Shown in pieces: positions 19,811 to 31,763 of a stretch of 64,000 nucleotides of DNA. The DNA lies in the NCBI GenBank assembly GCA_963666055.2, contig CAXWPH010000014.1:160001-224000 (forward strand), given 5' to 3'. Within the stretch, counting starts at the first letter, position 1; each line of letters opens with the position of its first letter. A program made the position numbers and the translations under genes. This DNA comes from Acidobacteriota bacterium. GTDB lineage: Bacteria > Acidobacteriota > UBA890 > WLXD01. Below the pieces are notes generated by a model. It did not search any database, was not told the origin of the DNA, and was given only the letters and a program-made list of their open reading frames with translations.

Positions 19811-20917
19811 CTACAGGCTCTGTTGGATCGGCGCGAACATGGCTCGCGGTGGCAACCGGTTCAGCACTTCCGCGCCGGTCTCTGTGACCAGCACCATGTC
19901 TTCAAGTCGCATGCCGCCCTTCCCCGGAAGGTAGACACCCGGCTCAATCGTGACGACGGTATCGACCATGAGCACGTCGTCGCTACGCTGCGCCAGGCGC
20001 GGAGCCTCATGCACCTCGAGGCCCACCCCGTGTCCGAGGGAATGGACGAACGCCTCGCCGAGGCCCCGCTCCGCGAGCGCCTGGCGCGCCGCCGCGTCCA
20101 CTTCACGAGCAGACACCCCCGCCGCCACCACCGCCAACGCCGCCTCACGAGCCGCGCTCAGGGCCTCGTGCACACGCTTCCAGTCAGCCGGCAGTTCCGG
20201 GCCCAGCAACACCGCCCGAGTAATGTCGCTGCAGTAGCCGTCCACCACACAACCCATGTCGACAACCGCCAGATCGCCCTTGTGAAGTAAGCGCTCGGTA
20301 GGGCGTGCGTGCGGCAGAGCGCCGCGAGGGCCCGACGCGACGATGGTGTCGAACGACATGCGCTCTGCGCCCCGCACCCTGCAGGCGTTCTCTAACGCTG
20401 CCGCCAACCCAACCTCGGTGGTCCCTGGCCGCAACGCCTCGACGGTTTCCTCGAGCGCCGATTCCGCCACCTCCAAGGCTCGCCGGACTGCTTGGATCTC
20501 GGTGCGGTCCTTGCCAACGCGAAGCTGCTCCACCAACCCGCCGACGCCCTTCCACTCGATCCCGTCATGGGCGCGCGTGAGCTCTTCCCAGACCGCAACC
20601 GATACGTCCCGGGACTCGAAGCCAACGGGAGCCGCGGCGCGCTCCAGGGGCGCCGTCAGCGCCCACGTCAGGCCGGTTGCGGCGATGATCAGTTCGCAGT
20701 CCGGTGCTTCGTCGACTGCCTGCTCAGCGTAGCGAGCGTCGGTCACCAGCGTGGCGCCCAACGCACCCACAACAACCCAGCCGTTGGAGCCGGTAAACCC
20801 GGTCAGGTAACGGACGTTGGCGCGCTGGGTGCACAGGAACGTGCCGAAGCCCGCCGCCTCGAGCGACTCGACAAGTCGCTGTCGACGGAGGGCGCCCGCG
20901 CTGCCGGGGGCGTTCAG
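19811..20917 (-). CDS. Xaa-Pro aminopeptidase (M24 family)
   Basis: NVRYLTGFTGSNG, TDARY, PHA, GYCSDITR, HSLGHGVGLEVHE, TIEPG, RLED. The frame is open back to a CTG at 20917 that overlaps the upstream TGA. Confidence 0.9.
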   Translation of the reverse strand: MNAPGSAGALRRQRLVESLEAAGFGTFLCTQRANVRYLTGFTGSNGWVVVGALGATLVTDARYAEQAVDEAPDCELIIAATGLTWALTAPLERAAAPVGFESRDVSVAVWEELTRAHDGIEWKGVGGLVEQLRVGKDRTEIQAVRRALEVAESALEETVEALRPGTTEVGLAAALENACRVRGAERMSFDTIVASGPRGALPHARPTERLLHKGDLAVVDMGCVVDGYCSDITRAVLLGPELPADWKRVHEALSAAREAALAVVAAGVSAREVDAAARQALAERGLGEAFVHSLGHGVGLEVHEAPRLAQRSDDVLMVDTVVTIEPGVYLPGKGGMRLEDMVLVTETGAEVLNRLPPRAMFAPIQQSL

Positions 20918-22368
20918 CTGACGGTCACCGTAAGGGTCGTGGACGCGGTGGCGCCGAAGTTGTCACGGATCGTCAGGGTCACGGTGTATGTGCCTGCGAT
21001 GGCGAAGATGTGCGTCGCAGACGGAGTCACCTCGAGGGTCGGACTCGTGCCGTCGCCCCAGTCCCAACGGTACTCCTCGATCTCGCCCCCCGGATCCAAT
21101 GACGACGTAGCGCTGAAGGAAACGACATCGCCAGCAGCGGGGTCATCAGGCGAGAAGATGAAGCTCGCCTCCGGCGTACCGCCGGTGATCCGAAGGGTGA
21201 TCTGGTTCGATACCGCCTGCACCGCGAAGGTAACGTCGTCGAGGAGATGGGCCTCGATCACGATGATGGCGTCCGGCTCGTGACCAAACACCGTGTTGAA
21301 CGCCGTGCCGAGCGTGTTGGTACGACCCGGGGTGCTATCTGAGAAGGTGGCATGGAGGCTACCGACGTCGGTGCTGTCTTCAACGATCGCCCAGCGCACC
21401 AGGCGCCCGCTCAAGACCGTGCCGGAGTCGCGATCGGTCACCGTTGCGGACATTCCCACACCGTCGTTGGGCGCACTGGTGGTAGAGGTCGAACCGTCGT
21501 CGAAGGTCAACGTAACCGCCGTATTCTCCTGCGTAGCAGTGGCGATGGCGGTCACCTGGTTGGATGTGAAGATGACGCGCCCGTCCACCGGCTCGAGCAC
21601 GTCGGCGGTGAGCGTGACGGTACCTTCGCCCTGCAGGAGAATGGTGGCGAAGGCCTCACCCGAGGAGTCGGTCAGACTCCGGCTCGGGCTGCCGAAGAAG
21701 GCCGCTCCGTGGCCGGAAGCGATCGTCAGGTCCTCGATGATGTGGAATTCGACCTCGACCCCGGCGATCGCCAACCCCTCGGGGGTCTTGACTTTTCCCA
21801 CCAGGGTGAAATCGATGGGGGCAACACCGCGAACGCTGGTCGTATCGGCGCCGCCGCTGCGGAAGACCAAGTCGACCAACGCCTCCAACGGTACCCGGTC
21901 GAAAGTGACACGCAGTACGGTGGCAACGTCGGCAATCCAAGCTGTCACAGTCCCCGAACCGCTGACCGTACTGCGCACGGCGAACGAAGCATTGCCCTCG
22001 AATGTTCCTGCCCGCACAGAACTCGCTGCGGTGGCCGGGTCGGCGCCGAACAGACGGATGGTGCCGATGTCGATCGAGACGTTCACCGGGGTGCCGTTGG
22101 CCACCGGGTTGCCGCTAGCGTCGCGCACGCGCACGTTGATTATCAGGTCGGTAAGGCCGTCGGCGCTGCCTGTGCCGCCACCGCTGACGCTGATCAGCCC
22201 GGAAAACGTGCCCGTGATGTTGGGTGTATTGCCGGTCAGATCGACAGGGGCTGTCGGGGCAGACGGATCGTTGGTCTTGCAAGACAGCGACAGCGCCACG
22301 ACCGCCATTAGGACCATCACGACCATCACACCCGGGCGCGACCGGCCGAACAGAAATCCGCGTTTCAT
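20914..22368 (-). CDS. Lipoprotein with Ig-like (Big/invasin-type) repeats and a C-terminal PKD domain
   Basis: Lipobox LSLSC; VRDASGNPVANGTPV; C-terminal FSATSSLDPGGEIEEYRWDWGDG...GTYTVTLTIRD. Confidence 0.8.
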   Translation of the reverse strand: MKRGFLFGRSRPGVMVVMVLMAVVALSLSCKTNDPSAPTAPVDLTGNTPNITGTFSGLISVSGGGTGSADGLTDLIINVRVRDASGNPVANGTPVNVSIDIGTIRLFGADPATAASSVRAGTFEGNASFAVRSTVSGSGTVTAWIADVATVLRVTFDRVPLEALVDLVFRSGGADTTSVRGVAPIDFTLVGKVKTPEGLAIAGVEVEFHIIEDLTIASGHGAAFFGSPSRSLTDSSGEAFATILLQGEGTVTLTADVLEPVDGRVIFTSNQVTAIATATQENTAVTLTFDDGSTSTTSAPNDGVGMSATVTDRDSGTVLSGRLVRWAIVEDSTDVGSLHATFSDSTPGRTNTLGTAFNTVFGHEPDAIIVIEAHLLDDVTFAVQAVSNQITLRITGGTPEASFIFSPDDPAAGDVVSFSATSSLDPGGEIEEYRWDWGDGTSPTLEVTPSATHIFAIAGTYTVTLTIRDNFGATASTTLTVTVS

Positions 22369-22386
22369 GGCGTCGTCAGCTCCCCA

Positions 22387-22992
22387 TCAGTCAGCAAAGT
22401 CTGCGAAATTGAGGCCTATCGCCGCTTCCGCTTGAACAGCGTCTCCAGCAATCGTGTGTCCGAAGAAACGCACGGTGGCCGTCGCCTGGATGCTGACGAA
22501 GCCGGTGACCGGCTCGAACCCAGGCAGAATCAGATGCGAGAGGGGCGGCTGGCTTTTGAGGGTCGACGGGACCAGCACCAGGGTGAGGCCGGTGATCGTC
22601 TCGGTGGTGGAGCCGTTCGGGGTCACGCGAACCTTGGCGCTGATGGCACGCTGGAAGCCCGGCGGTTTGGCGGTTCCCCCATCGGTGCGGCTAAAGGTCA
22701 CCTCATAGCGCTCGACAAGGATGTCCTGGAGCCCCGGTTGCGACAAATCGGACGGGTTCTTCATCCGCGCGATGAGGGTGACGACGACAGTGTCCTCGGG
22801 CAGCGTTCCGTCGGTGCTGAGAACATCACCGAAGGGCGCGTTGCCGGCGAGCAGCGACGAGACGATCAGGACGACGGGCGCAGAAGTGTTCTGCAGCCCA
22901 CCGCTGGTGCCGCAGCCGGCAACGGTGAGCACCAGGCTGCACACCGCCGCGGTGGCCGTTACCCGTCGGGTACTGGATGGGCGCATCGTCAC
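22387..22992 (-). CDS. Hypothetical lipoprotein coupled to pilQ
   Basis: Lipobox VAGC; beta-rich; start overlaps the pilQ stop. Confidence 0.7.
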   Translation of the reverse strand: MTMRPSSTRRVTATAAVCSLVLTVAGCGTSGGLQNTSAPVVLIVSSLLAGNAPFGDVLSTDGTLPEDTVVVTLIARMKNPSDLSQPGLQDILVERYEVTFSRTDGGTAKPPGFQRAISAKVRVTPNGSTTETITGLTLVLVPSTLKSQPPLSHLILPGFEPVTGFVSIQATATVRFFGHTIAGDAVQAEAAIGLNFADFAD

Positions 22993-24467
22993 TGCTCCAA
23001 GATCCGTGGTGTGATGAAGATGAGCAACTCGTTGTTGGTCTGCTCGGTCTTGCGGCTCTTGAAGAGAGAGCCGAGCAGCGGAATGCGGTGGAAGAACGGC
23101 ACCCGCGATTCCTGCTCGGTAGAGGTCATTTGGAAGATGCCACCGATGACCGTGGTGCCACCATCGCGCACGAGGAGCTTGGTTTCGGCTCGGCGCGTGA
23201 AGATGGTGGGAATCCCCAGCACCGAATTACCGAAATCGGGCTCGCTCTTGTCGACGACGATGTCGAGCATGATGGTCCTTTCTGAGGTGATCTGCGGTGT
23301 CACCTCGAGCCGCAGCTGGGCGTTGATAAAGGTGATCGATGCGGTGTTGTCGATCAGCGTCTGCACGGGGATCCGGCGACCGCTCTCGATCGATGCTCGG
23401 ACGTTGTCCTGGGCAGTGACCTTGGGCGACGAGATGATCTTGCCGCGCCCCTCTTCCTCCATGGCCGACAACGCCACATCGAGCCGGAAGGTATCGAGGA
23501 TGTTGCCCATCGTCAGGGCAACGCCGCTGGTAGCGTTCTGTGCCGGCAGATTCACGGCGAACGGTACGCCACCTGTCCCCACCTGCTGAAGGGCGCCGAG
23601 CGGATTGTTGAGACCCTGGATCCCCATGTTATTGGGGAAGACCAGACCGGTGGTGTTGCCGTGCTGGGCATCGGCCACGCCGCTGAAGCCCCATTGGATG
23701 CCGAGCTCACGACCGAATTCCTTGGTGGTTTCGACGATGCGCGACTCGATCAATACCTGCGGCGCTGCGATATCGAGCGTCGTCACCAGGGCGAGGATAG
23801 CGTCGAACGATTCGGCGGTATCTTTGATGACCAGGGTGTTGGTGCGGGTGTCGACGATGACCTCGCCGCGCTGCGACAGCTGTGCCTCGATGATCGGCAC
23901 CAGGTTCGCGGCCGTGGCATAGGAAAGGCGCGTGGTATGGATCTCCAACGGAGACGCTAGCTCCGCCTGGTTGGCGAGTCGGGCGCGATCTTCAGCCTCG
24001 TCGGCCATACGGCGCAGCGACGAAACCCGCACGATGTTGTCCTCGATGCTGAACCCCAGCTGGTGGGCGCGCAGGATCGCCTGGAAGGCCGTATCCCAAG
24101 GGACGTCGAAAAAGCTCACGGTCACCGGGCCCGAGACTTCCGGGTCGACCACCACGTTGAGCCCCGTGAGGTTCGAGAAGAAACGCGCCACGTCGCGGAT
24201 ATCAGTGTCGACGAAGTTGATGCTTATCGAAACGCCTTGGTGGTCGCCCATCGCCAGGATGTCGGACTCGGTCGGCAACTGTCCGGCGGCAATCCGCTGC
24301 TCTGCGGGCATCTCCGCTTGGGGCCTGGCCAGTGGTAGCTGTGCAGACGCATCCGCGATGCGCGCCGGCAGCAGGGCGATGGAAACAGACACCACCAAAG
24401 CTGCCGCCCGCCGCCGTTGACGGCGGCTCCGGCGACTTGCTGCACGAGTGTGTGTGCCCATTGCCAC
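22989..24467 (-). CDS. pilQ: Type IV pilus secretin (short form, no obvious AMIN domains)
   Basis: ISINFVDTDIRDV, VDTRTNTLVI, QVLIESRIVE, VRDGGTTVIGG, VPFFHRIPLLGSLFK, ELLIFITPRI. Confidence 0.92.
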   Translation of the reverse strand: MAMGTHTRAASRRSRRQRRRAAALVVSVSIALLPARIADASAQLPLARPQAEMPAEQRIAAGQLPTESDILAMGDHQGVSISINFVDTDIRDVARFFSNLTGLNVVVDPEVSGPVTVSFFDVPWDTAFQAILRAHQLGFSIEDNIVRVSSLRRMADEAEDRARLANQAELASPLEIHTTRLSYATAANLVPIIEAQLSQRGEVIVDTRTNTLVIKDTAESFDAILALVTTLDIAAPQVLIESRIVETTKEFGRELGIQWGFSGVADAQHGNTTGLVFPNNMGIQGLNNPLGALQQVGTGGVPFAVNLPAQNATSGVALTMGNILDTFRLDVALSAMEEEGRGKIISSPKVTAQDNVRASIESGRRIPVQTLIDNTASITFINAQLRLEVTPQITSERTIMLDIVVDKSEPDFGNSVLGIPTIFTRRAETKLLVRDGGTTVIGGIFQMTSTEQESRVPFFHRIPLLGSLFKSRKTEQTNNELLIFITPRILEQ

Positions 24468-25144
24468 CTACTCTCCCGCTTCCTTAGCCAGGCGTTTGAC
24501 CACCTGCCGCTTGCTGCGCGCGCCCAGAAGGTCTTCGATCTCCTGCTCGAACACGATCTCGTGCTCGTTGATCGCCACGATGCGGCCGTCGTATAACTCG
24601 GTGCCAACTTCGGCAAAGTACGTACGCCGGTCGAGCCCGATAAGCATGGCGTGCCAGCGTCCCTGGAACTCCGCCAGGGCCGAGATGCCTATCTCACCGA
24701 GCATGAAGCCCGCTAACCCCGGAGGTCGCTGAGTGGGCGCGGTGAGCTCGCGCTGACGGAGCAGCAGCAGGCTACGAAAGGGGTCGCGGCGGCCGCCCGA
24801 GTTGTACACGAAGTTTTGCCCGCTCAAGAGCATTTGCTGCTCGGCCAAGATCTGCTCGACGAGGCGCACCGCTTTCTCCTCGTCGGCGGTCATGCCGGCG
24901 CTGATCACCGGTAGCTCACCGGGATCGATCAATGCAGGGGGCTCGGGTTCGGCGACCGGATCGATTTCGGCGTCATCCGATTCCTGCGACTCTGGCAGAC
25001 CCTCTTGCTGCGCCGCGGCCACTGCCGCGCCCCCGGTCCGCACGGGCGTTAGCCGGGCCGCAGCGGCAAGACTGCCTTGGCCATCATCAGTGCGACAAGC
25101 GCCAAACCTGCATTCCTTCCCCAGGACCCACATCGAACGCTCAT
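24468..25144 (-). CDS. pilP: PilP-like pilus assembly protein; probable frameshift near 25075
   Basis: YNSGGRRDPFRSL, GTELYDGRIVAI; lies between pilO and pilQ. The ATG at 25144 overlaps the pilO stop and gives a signal-like N-terminus in a different frame. Confidence 0.65.
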
Positions 25145-25743
25145 TGAGCCAGCAGCTCCTCGAACCCGTCGGCGGCGAGATTGTCGAACTCGTCTTCCAT
25201 GAAGATGAATGTCATTGCGGTTACCGTGGCCTCGACTGACGCGTCGCTTTCGTCTAACGCCGAAATGGAAACGTCGTCGACGTTGATGATGCGCGCGAAC
25301 TTGCCAATACGGTCGAAGAACCGCGCCAGATCGTGATAGGTGCCGGTAAGCTCGAGCGCAATCGGCGACTCGGCATAGAACTCGTACGGAACCGGGTCAC
25401 GGAACTCGAGATCGCGTATGTCAAGGTTCGACTGCGCCGCGAGCGTCCCTACGCCGCGCAGCAGGTCAGCGGTCTCGTACTCTTCTGGCAAGATGTGTGC
25501 CAAGACTTCGAGGCGACGGTCGAGGCCGGAAAGCTCCTCGCGAAGCTCCGGCAGGCTGTTGGCGACCGCCTGTATTCGCTGCAGCTCGGTCTTGAGCTCG
25601 GCGATCTCGTTCTCTGTTCGAGTGATCTGCTGCGAGGTCGACCGCCAGAACTGCATGTAGTACATGCCGACGAACAGGAAGCAGAGAGCGACCGACACAA
25701 GCCACTGCTGTTTCGGCGACAGGTCATTCAATGAGAGTGCCAT
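25141..25743 (-). CDS. pilO: Type IV pilus assembly protein PilO
   Basis: TM plus coiled coil, ILPEEYE, FYAESPIALELTGTYHDLARFFDRIGKFARIINV. Confidence 0.9.
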   Translation of the reverse strand: MALSLNDLSPKQQWLVSVALCFLFVGMYYMQFWRSTSQQITRTENEIAELKTELQRIQAVANSLPELREELSGLDRRLEVLAHILPEEYETADLLRGVGTLAAQSNLDIRDLEFRDPVPYEFYAESPIALELTGTYHDLARFFDRIGKFARIINVDDVSISALDESDASVEATVTAMTFIFMEDEFDNLAADGFEELLAQ

Positions 25744-26354
25744 CAGCCCCCCCCGCCGCCGGCCGCGGCGGGCGGCTCCGCTCCAGCAGCCAGGTTGTTC
25801 GCCTTGAAGGCGAGACTGATCTGGAACCTAACCGTCTCGCCGGAGTCACCCAGCGTGCGCAAGCGCACCTGCTCGAAATACTGCGAGGCCTGGAGGTTGG
25901 TAAGAAAGTCGGCCACCGAATTGTCCGACAGAGCTGCGCCGCGGAGCGTCACGTCGCCGCGGGCAAGATCGAGGCCGGTCAGCCAGAGCCCATCGGTAAT
26001 CAGCCGGCTGACTTCGTCGAGCAACATTGCTGGGCCCGTCTGATTGGCTTTGAGCTCGACGATGACCCTGAGCTTCTGGCGCAGCAGATCGGTGCGCTCT
26101 TGTAGCGCGGCCACCTGGTCCGCTACCTCCTGCACCCGGGCGCGCTCGGATTGCACGAGAGAGAGCTCGGTTCGCAGCTGCTTAAGCGTGTTGCTCTGAA
26201 ACCACCAGGCGAGTCCGATGCCCAGTAGCACGACAATGAACATCCCTGCAATGCCCGCCTGCACCGCACCAACCGAGAACTCCGGCAACCGGATGGCGCG
26301 CAGACCCTTGCTCTTCTTGGCGGCATCGGCGCCCAGCAGGTTGATACGGATCAT
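25743..26354 (-). CDS. pilN: Type IV pilus assembly protein PilN
   Basis: MIRINLL motif, TM, coiled coil, LWLTGL. Confidence 0.9.
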   Translation of the reverse strand: MIRINLLGADAAKKSKGLRAIRLPEFSVGAVQAGIAGMFIVVLLGIGLAWWFQSNTLKQLRTELSLVQSERARVQEVADQVAALQERTDLLRQKLRVIVELKANQTGPAMLLDEVSRLITDGLWLTGLDLARGDVTLRGAALSDNSVADFLTNLQASQYFEQVRLRTLGDSGETVRFQISLAFKANNLAAGAEPPAAAGGGGG

Positions 26355-26361
26355 CCGCCCA

Positions 26362-27506
26362 TCACTCCATCACGCCGCGTAGCGCCAGACCTAGCGCAAC
26401 GGTCGATTCGGGGCCGGTCTCCCAAACGTACTCCGGATCGAAGCCGCCGTCGGGTATCGAGATGCGCCGCATCGGATCGAACTGCTCGACTGGCCAACCG
26501 AGCCGATCTTCGAGGCGGGTGGACACAAGTCGGCGATATGAGCGCCGCCGCCGGCCAGAAAAATCGCGTCGAAGCGATCGCGTAGGGCTTGAGTCTGGTA
26601 GAAGTCGAACGTCTTACGGATCTCGGTGATGATCTGCTCGGAGACTTGGCCAATAGCCTCGAGCACACGCGGATCGGTTGCAGCGTCGCGCAGTTCGGAA
26701 CCCGCCTCGTCGTCGTCACTCCACTCGGCGAGCCCGAGGTTCTTGCCCTGCGATCCGCCGGTGGCGCTCTCGCGGCTGACACGTCGCAAAACCTCTTCGG
26801 CGTCGAACGGATCGAGCATGAACTGACGCTGCAACGCCGCGCTGTAGCGGTTCATTCCCACCGCGATGTCTCGCCAGAAGGCCGGTCTGCCACCCTCGAG
26901 CACCGCGAGGTTAATCACCGATGCGCCCAGGTTCAGGATCGCGACGTCCTCGAACTGGCGCTCGGGATAGCTGAACTCGAAGGCGTTCTGCACGGCGAAC
27001 GCGTCGATATCCATGATCGTCGCGGTCCGCGTGGCCGCCTCGATAACCGCGACATGGTCGTCCACACGATCGCGCTTGGCTGCCACGAGGACGACGTCCA
27101 TGGTGTCCTTCTCTTCGTCCTCCTCGAGCACCGCGAAGTCTAGGTCGACGTCGTCGAGCTCGAACGGGATGTACTCCTCGGCCTCAGAGGAGAGCGATTC
27201 CCGGAGCTCGTCGGGATCCTGGCGAGGCATGGTGACGCGCCGCACGATGACCGCGTTACCCGAAACCGATGCTGCGACGTATCGGGTACGAATCTTGTGC
27301 TGGTCGAAAAGCTCGGCGATGGTCTGGGCGACGGCCGCCTGTTCGATGATCGCACCATCGACGACGGCCTCGCTCGGAAGCTCGGCGGTAGCGAAGTGAG
27401 TGAGCTCGAAGGGCAAGTCGCCCTTGACGGCGCGCACTGCGACCAACTTGACCGCGTACGAGCCTATATCGAGCCCCACAATCTGTCGGGTCCGGCTCAG
27501 GAACAT
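26362..27506 (-). pseudogene. pilM: PilM with a frameshift near 26522 (real or sequencing error)
   Basis: VGLDIGSYAVK, AEEYIPF, FLAGGG. The expected C-terminus ...FDPMRRI...VALGLALRG* lies in another frame ending at 26362. Confidence 0.85.
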
Positions 27507-27553
27507 GAATTCCCACCCCAGAACGGACCCAGCTCGCTTTTCGCCCGTACATA

Positions 27554-27583
27554 GTTGTAATCGTCGGCGGTGGGCAGTGTCAA
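27554..27583 (-). promoter_or_regulatory. Candidate sigma70 promoter for the pil operon
   Basis: TTGACA-18 nt-TACAAC on the minus strand about 50 bp upstream of pilM. Confidence 0.35.
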
Positions 27584-27770
27584 GCCTCCCCGAGAAGTTT
27601 TGCCTCCGTATGCGCATCAGAAGGCAAACGAAGTCAACCGAATCTGCCACGGCGGCGGGCGGATATTCCGCGCCTAGCTCACCCGATTAGACGGCCATCG
27701 GGAGCAACAATTCGGAGCCGTCGGGACTCGGCTCGGTGCGTGGCGCCGCAGGGTCAGGGCACCGCGGTGG

Positions 27771-28163
27771 TCATGCAGTAGCGACCGCGTCAATCTCGAC
27801 CCGTACGTCCTTCGGTAGCCGTGCCACCTCCACCGTGGCGCGCGCCGGTGGCGCGTCGCCGAAGTACTCACCGTAGGCAGCGTTGACCTCGGCGAAGTCA
27901 CCCATGTCGACCAGAAAGATCGTCGTCTTTACGACACGGTCGAAGCCGCTGCCGGCGGCCTCCAGCACGGCGGCCAGGTTGGCCATCACGCGATGTACCT
28001 GGTCGGTGATCGAACCGTCGACCACGTCGCCGGTGCTGGGGTCGATGGGAATCTGACCCGACAAGAACACCAGGCGGCCAGCACCCAGATCGATGTCGGT
28101 GGCCTGAGAGTAGGGACCCAGGGCACCCGGAGCTTTGTCGGTATGAATGGCGCGATGACCCAA
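27771..28163 (-). CDS. RidA family (YjgF/YER057c/UK114) imine deaminase
   Basis: APGALGPYSQA, SGQIPIDP, VVKTTIFL, PARATVEVARLP, VEID. Confidence 0.93.
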   Translation of the reverse strand: MGHRAIHTDKAPGALGPYSQATDIDLGAGRLVFLSGQIPIDPSTGDVVDGSITDQVHRVMANLAAVLEAAGSGFDRVVKTTIFLVDMGDFAEVNAAYGEYFGDAPPARATVEVARLPKDVRVEIDAVATA

Positions 28164-28203
28164 GTGACCTCCGTGAATGGTTGGCTATGATCTGCCAGTT
28201 ATC

Positions 28204-28264
28204 CTAGCGCCCCGGCCGGGGCGCTAGCATCCTGAGTCAGGACACTAACAGGCCGTATGGCCTG

Positions 28265-28268
<4 letters not shown>
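28204..28268. repeat. Chain of three CTAG/CTAA-bounded mini-palindromes at the rel stop codon
   Basis: CTAGCGCCCCGGCCGGGGCGCTAG (28204-28227), CTAGCATCCTGAGTCAGGACACTAA (28224-28248), CTAACAGGCCGTATGGCCTGCTAG (28245-28268). Confidence 0.8.
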
Positions 28269-30457
<2,189 letters not shown>

Positions 30458-30594
30458 GGAACTCGGGATTGCGGCATCGCACGGGGCGGCCCATGAGGGA
30501 TCCCGGCGCCCGGGACAGGCGCCGCTACGTCAGGATACCACCGAAACCGTGGCGATCGGCTTGGCGGCCGCGGCTGTCGCAGCCCCACCTGGGG

Positions 30595-31752
30595 TCAGCG
30601 TCGACGCCGGGCCTGCTCGCGCGACTGCCACTCATAGACCAGCGGGCTGGCGATAAAGAGCGACGAGTAGGTCCCTACCAACACTCCCACGAGCAAGGCG
30701 AAGGAGAAGTCGTTGATCACCGGGCCGCCGTAAAGGAACACTGAGATCACCACGATCAACGTGGTCGTCGAGGTGAGTAGCGTTCGGGAAAGCGTTTGGT
30801 TCAAACTGATGTTGATTCGCTCGTAGAGCAACGTCCGACGCAGCACGCTGGTGTTCTCGCGGACGCGGTCGAAGACCACGACGGTGTCGTTGAGCGAATA
30901 ACCGACGATGGTGAGGAACGCCGCTACGACCGGCAAGTTGAACTCTCGACCTGTAATCACGAAGGCGCCGAGCACCACCAACACGTCGTGAACCAACGCC
31001 GCGACCGCCGCGACCCCGAACTTGAACTCGAATCGATAGCTGATGTAGGCGAGCATTCCGAACAACGCCCAGACCACCGCCTGAATCGTCCGTCGCCTCA
31101 AATCGTCCCCCACTTGCGGGCTGACTGACTGACTGTCGCGAATCGTGAAGCCGCCGAGGTGGGCCTGCGAGCGCAAGCTGTCGAGTACCGTGACATCGAG
31201 CCCAGCCCCGACTAGCGCGTCCCAATCGGTGAACAGGCCCACCGTTCGCTTAGCGTCCAATACCAGCTGAGCCTGGGCTTGATAGGCAGTCTGAGCGCTC
31301 TCGAGACCGCCATCGAGGTCGAGCTGTAGCGGATTGTTCTCCATGAACAAATCCAGCAACTGGTCACGACCAGCCATGTTCAGGTCGAGTCGTGACTCAC
31401 TGGAGTCGCTCAGGCTGCGGAAAGCCTCGGTGATCGCCGCCACCGCAACGTCCAACGCCTCCCCCTCCTCGACCCTTGGAGTGCGCACCAGAATCTCGTT
31501 CGAACCCTGCTCGAACTCCTGGATGGTGGCCTCGGCCAGGCCCGATTCGGTCAGCGCGCGACGCAACGCGACGAGGTCGGGAGGCTGGGCGAACTTCGCC
31601 ACGATCTGTGATCCGCCGGCGAAATCGATGCCCAGGACCGGGCCTCGCACGAAGAAGGAGGCAAGCCCTGCGCCGATCACGATCGCCGAGGCAACCAGGG
31701 CGATGTGGCGCTTCCCGAGAAAGTCGAAGTGGGTGCTGCGGAGAAACCGCAT
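30595..31752 (-). CDS. secF: Protein translocase subunit SecF with a periplasmic insertion
   Basis: GIDFAGG, ALVHDV, GYSLNDTVVVFDRVRE, QTLSRT, GTYSSLFIA. Confidence 0.94.
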   Translation of the reverse strand: MRFLRSTHFDFLGKRHIALVASAIVIGAGLASFFVRGPVLGIDFAGGSQIVAKFAQPPDLVALRRALTESGLAEATIQEFEQGSNEILVRTPRVEEGEALDVAVAAITEAFRSLSDSSESRLDLNMAGRDQLLDLFMENNPLQLDLDGGLESAQTAYQAQAQLVLDAKRTVGLFTDWDALVGAGLDVTVLDSLRSQAHLGGFTIRDSQSVSPQVGDDLRRRTIQAVVWALFGMLAYISYRFEFKFGVAAVAALVHDVLVVLGAFVITGREFNLPVVAAFLTIVGYSLNDTVVVFDRVRENTSVLRRTLLYERINISLNQTLSRTLLTSTTTLIVVISVFLYGGPVINDFSFALLVGVLVGTYSSLFIASPLVYEWQSREQARRRR

Positions 31753-31763
31753 CGAACCGCCGT

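Noticed and set aside
21293-23589. Long antisense ORFs (21293-22435, 22432-23589; also 7772-8839 and 28337-29299)
   Set aside because: They are shadow frames of GC-rich genes with no recognisable motifs.
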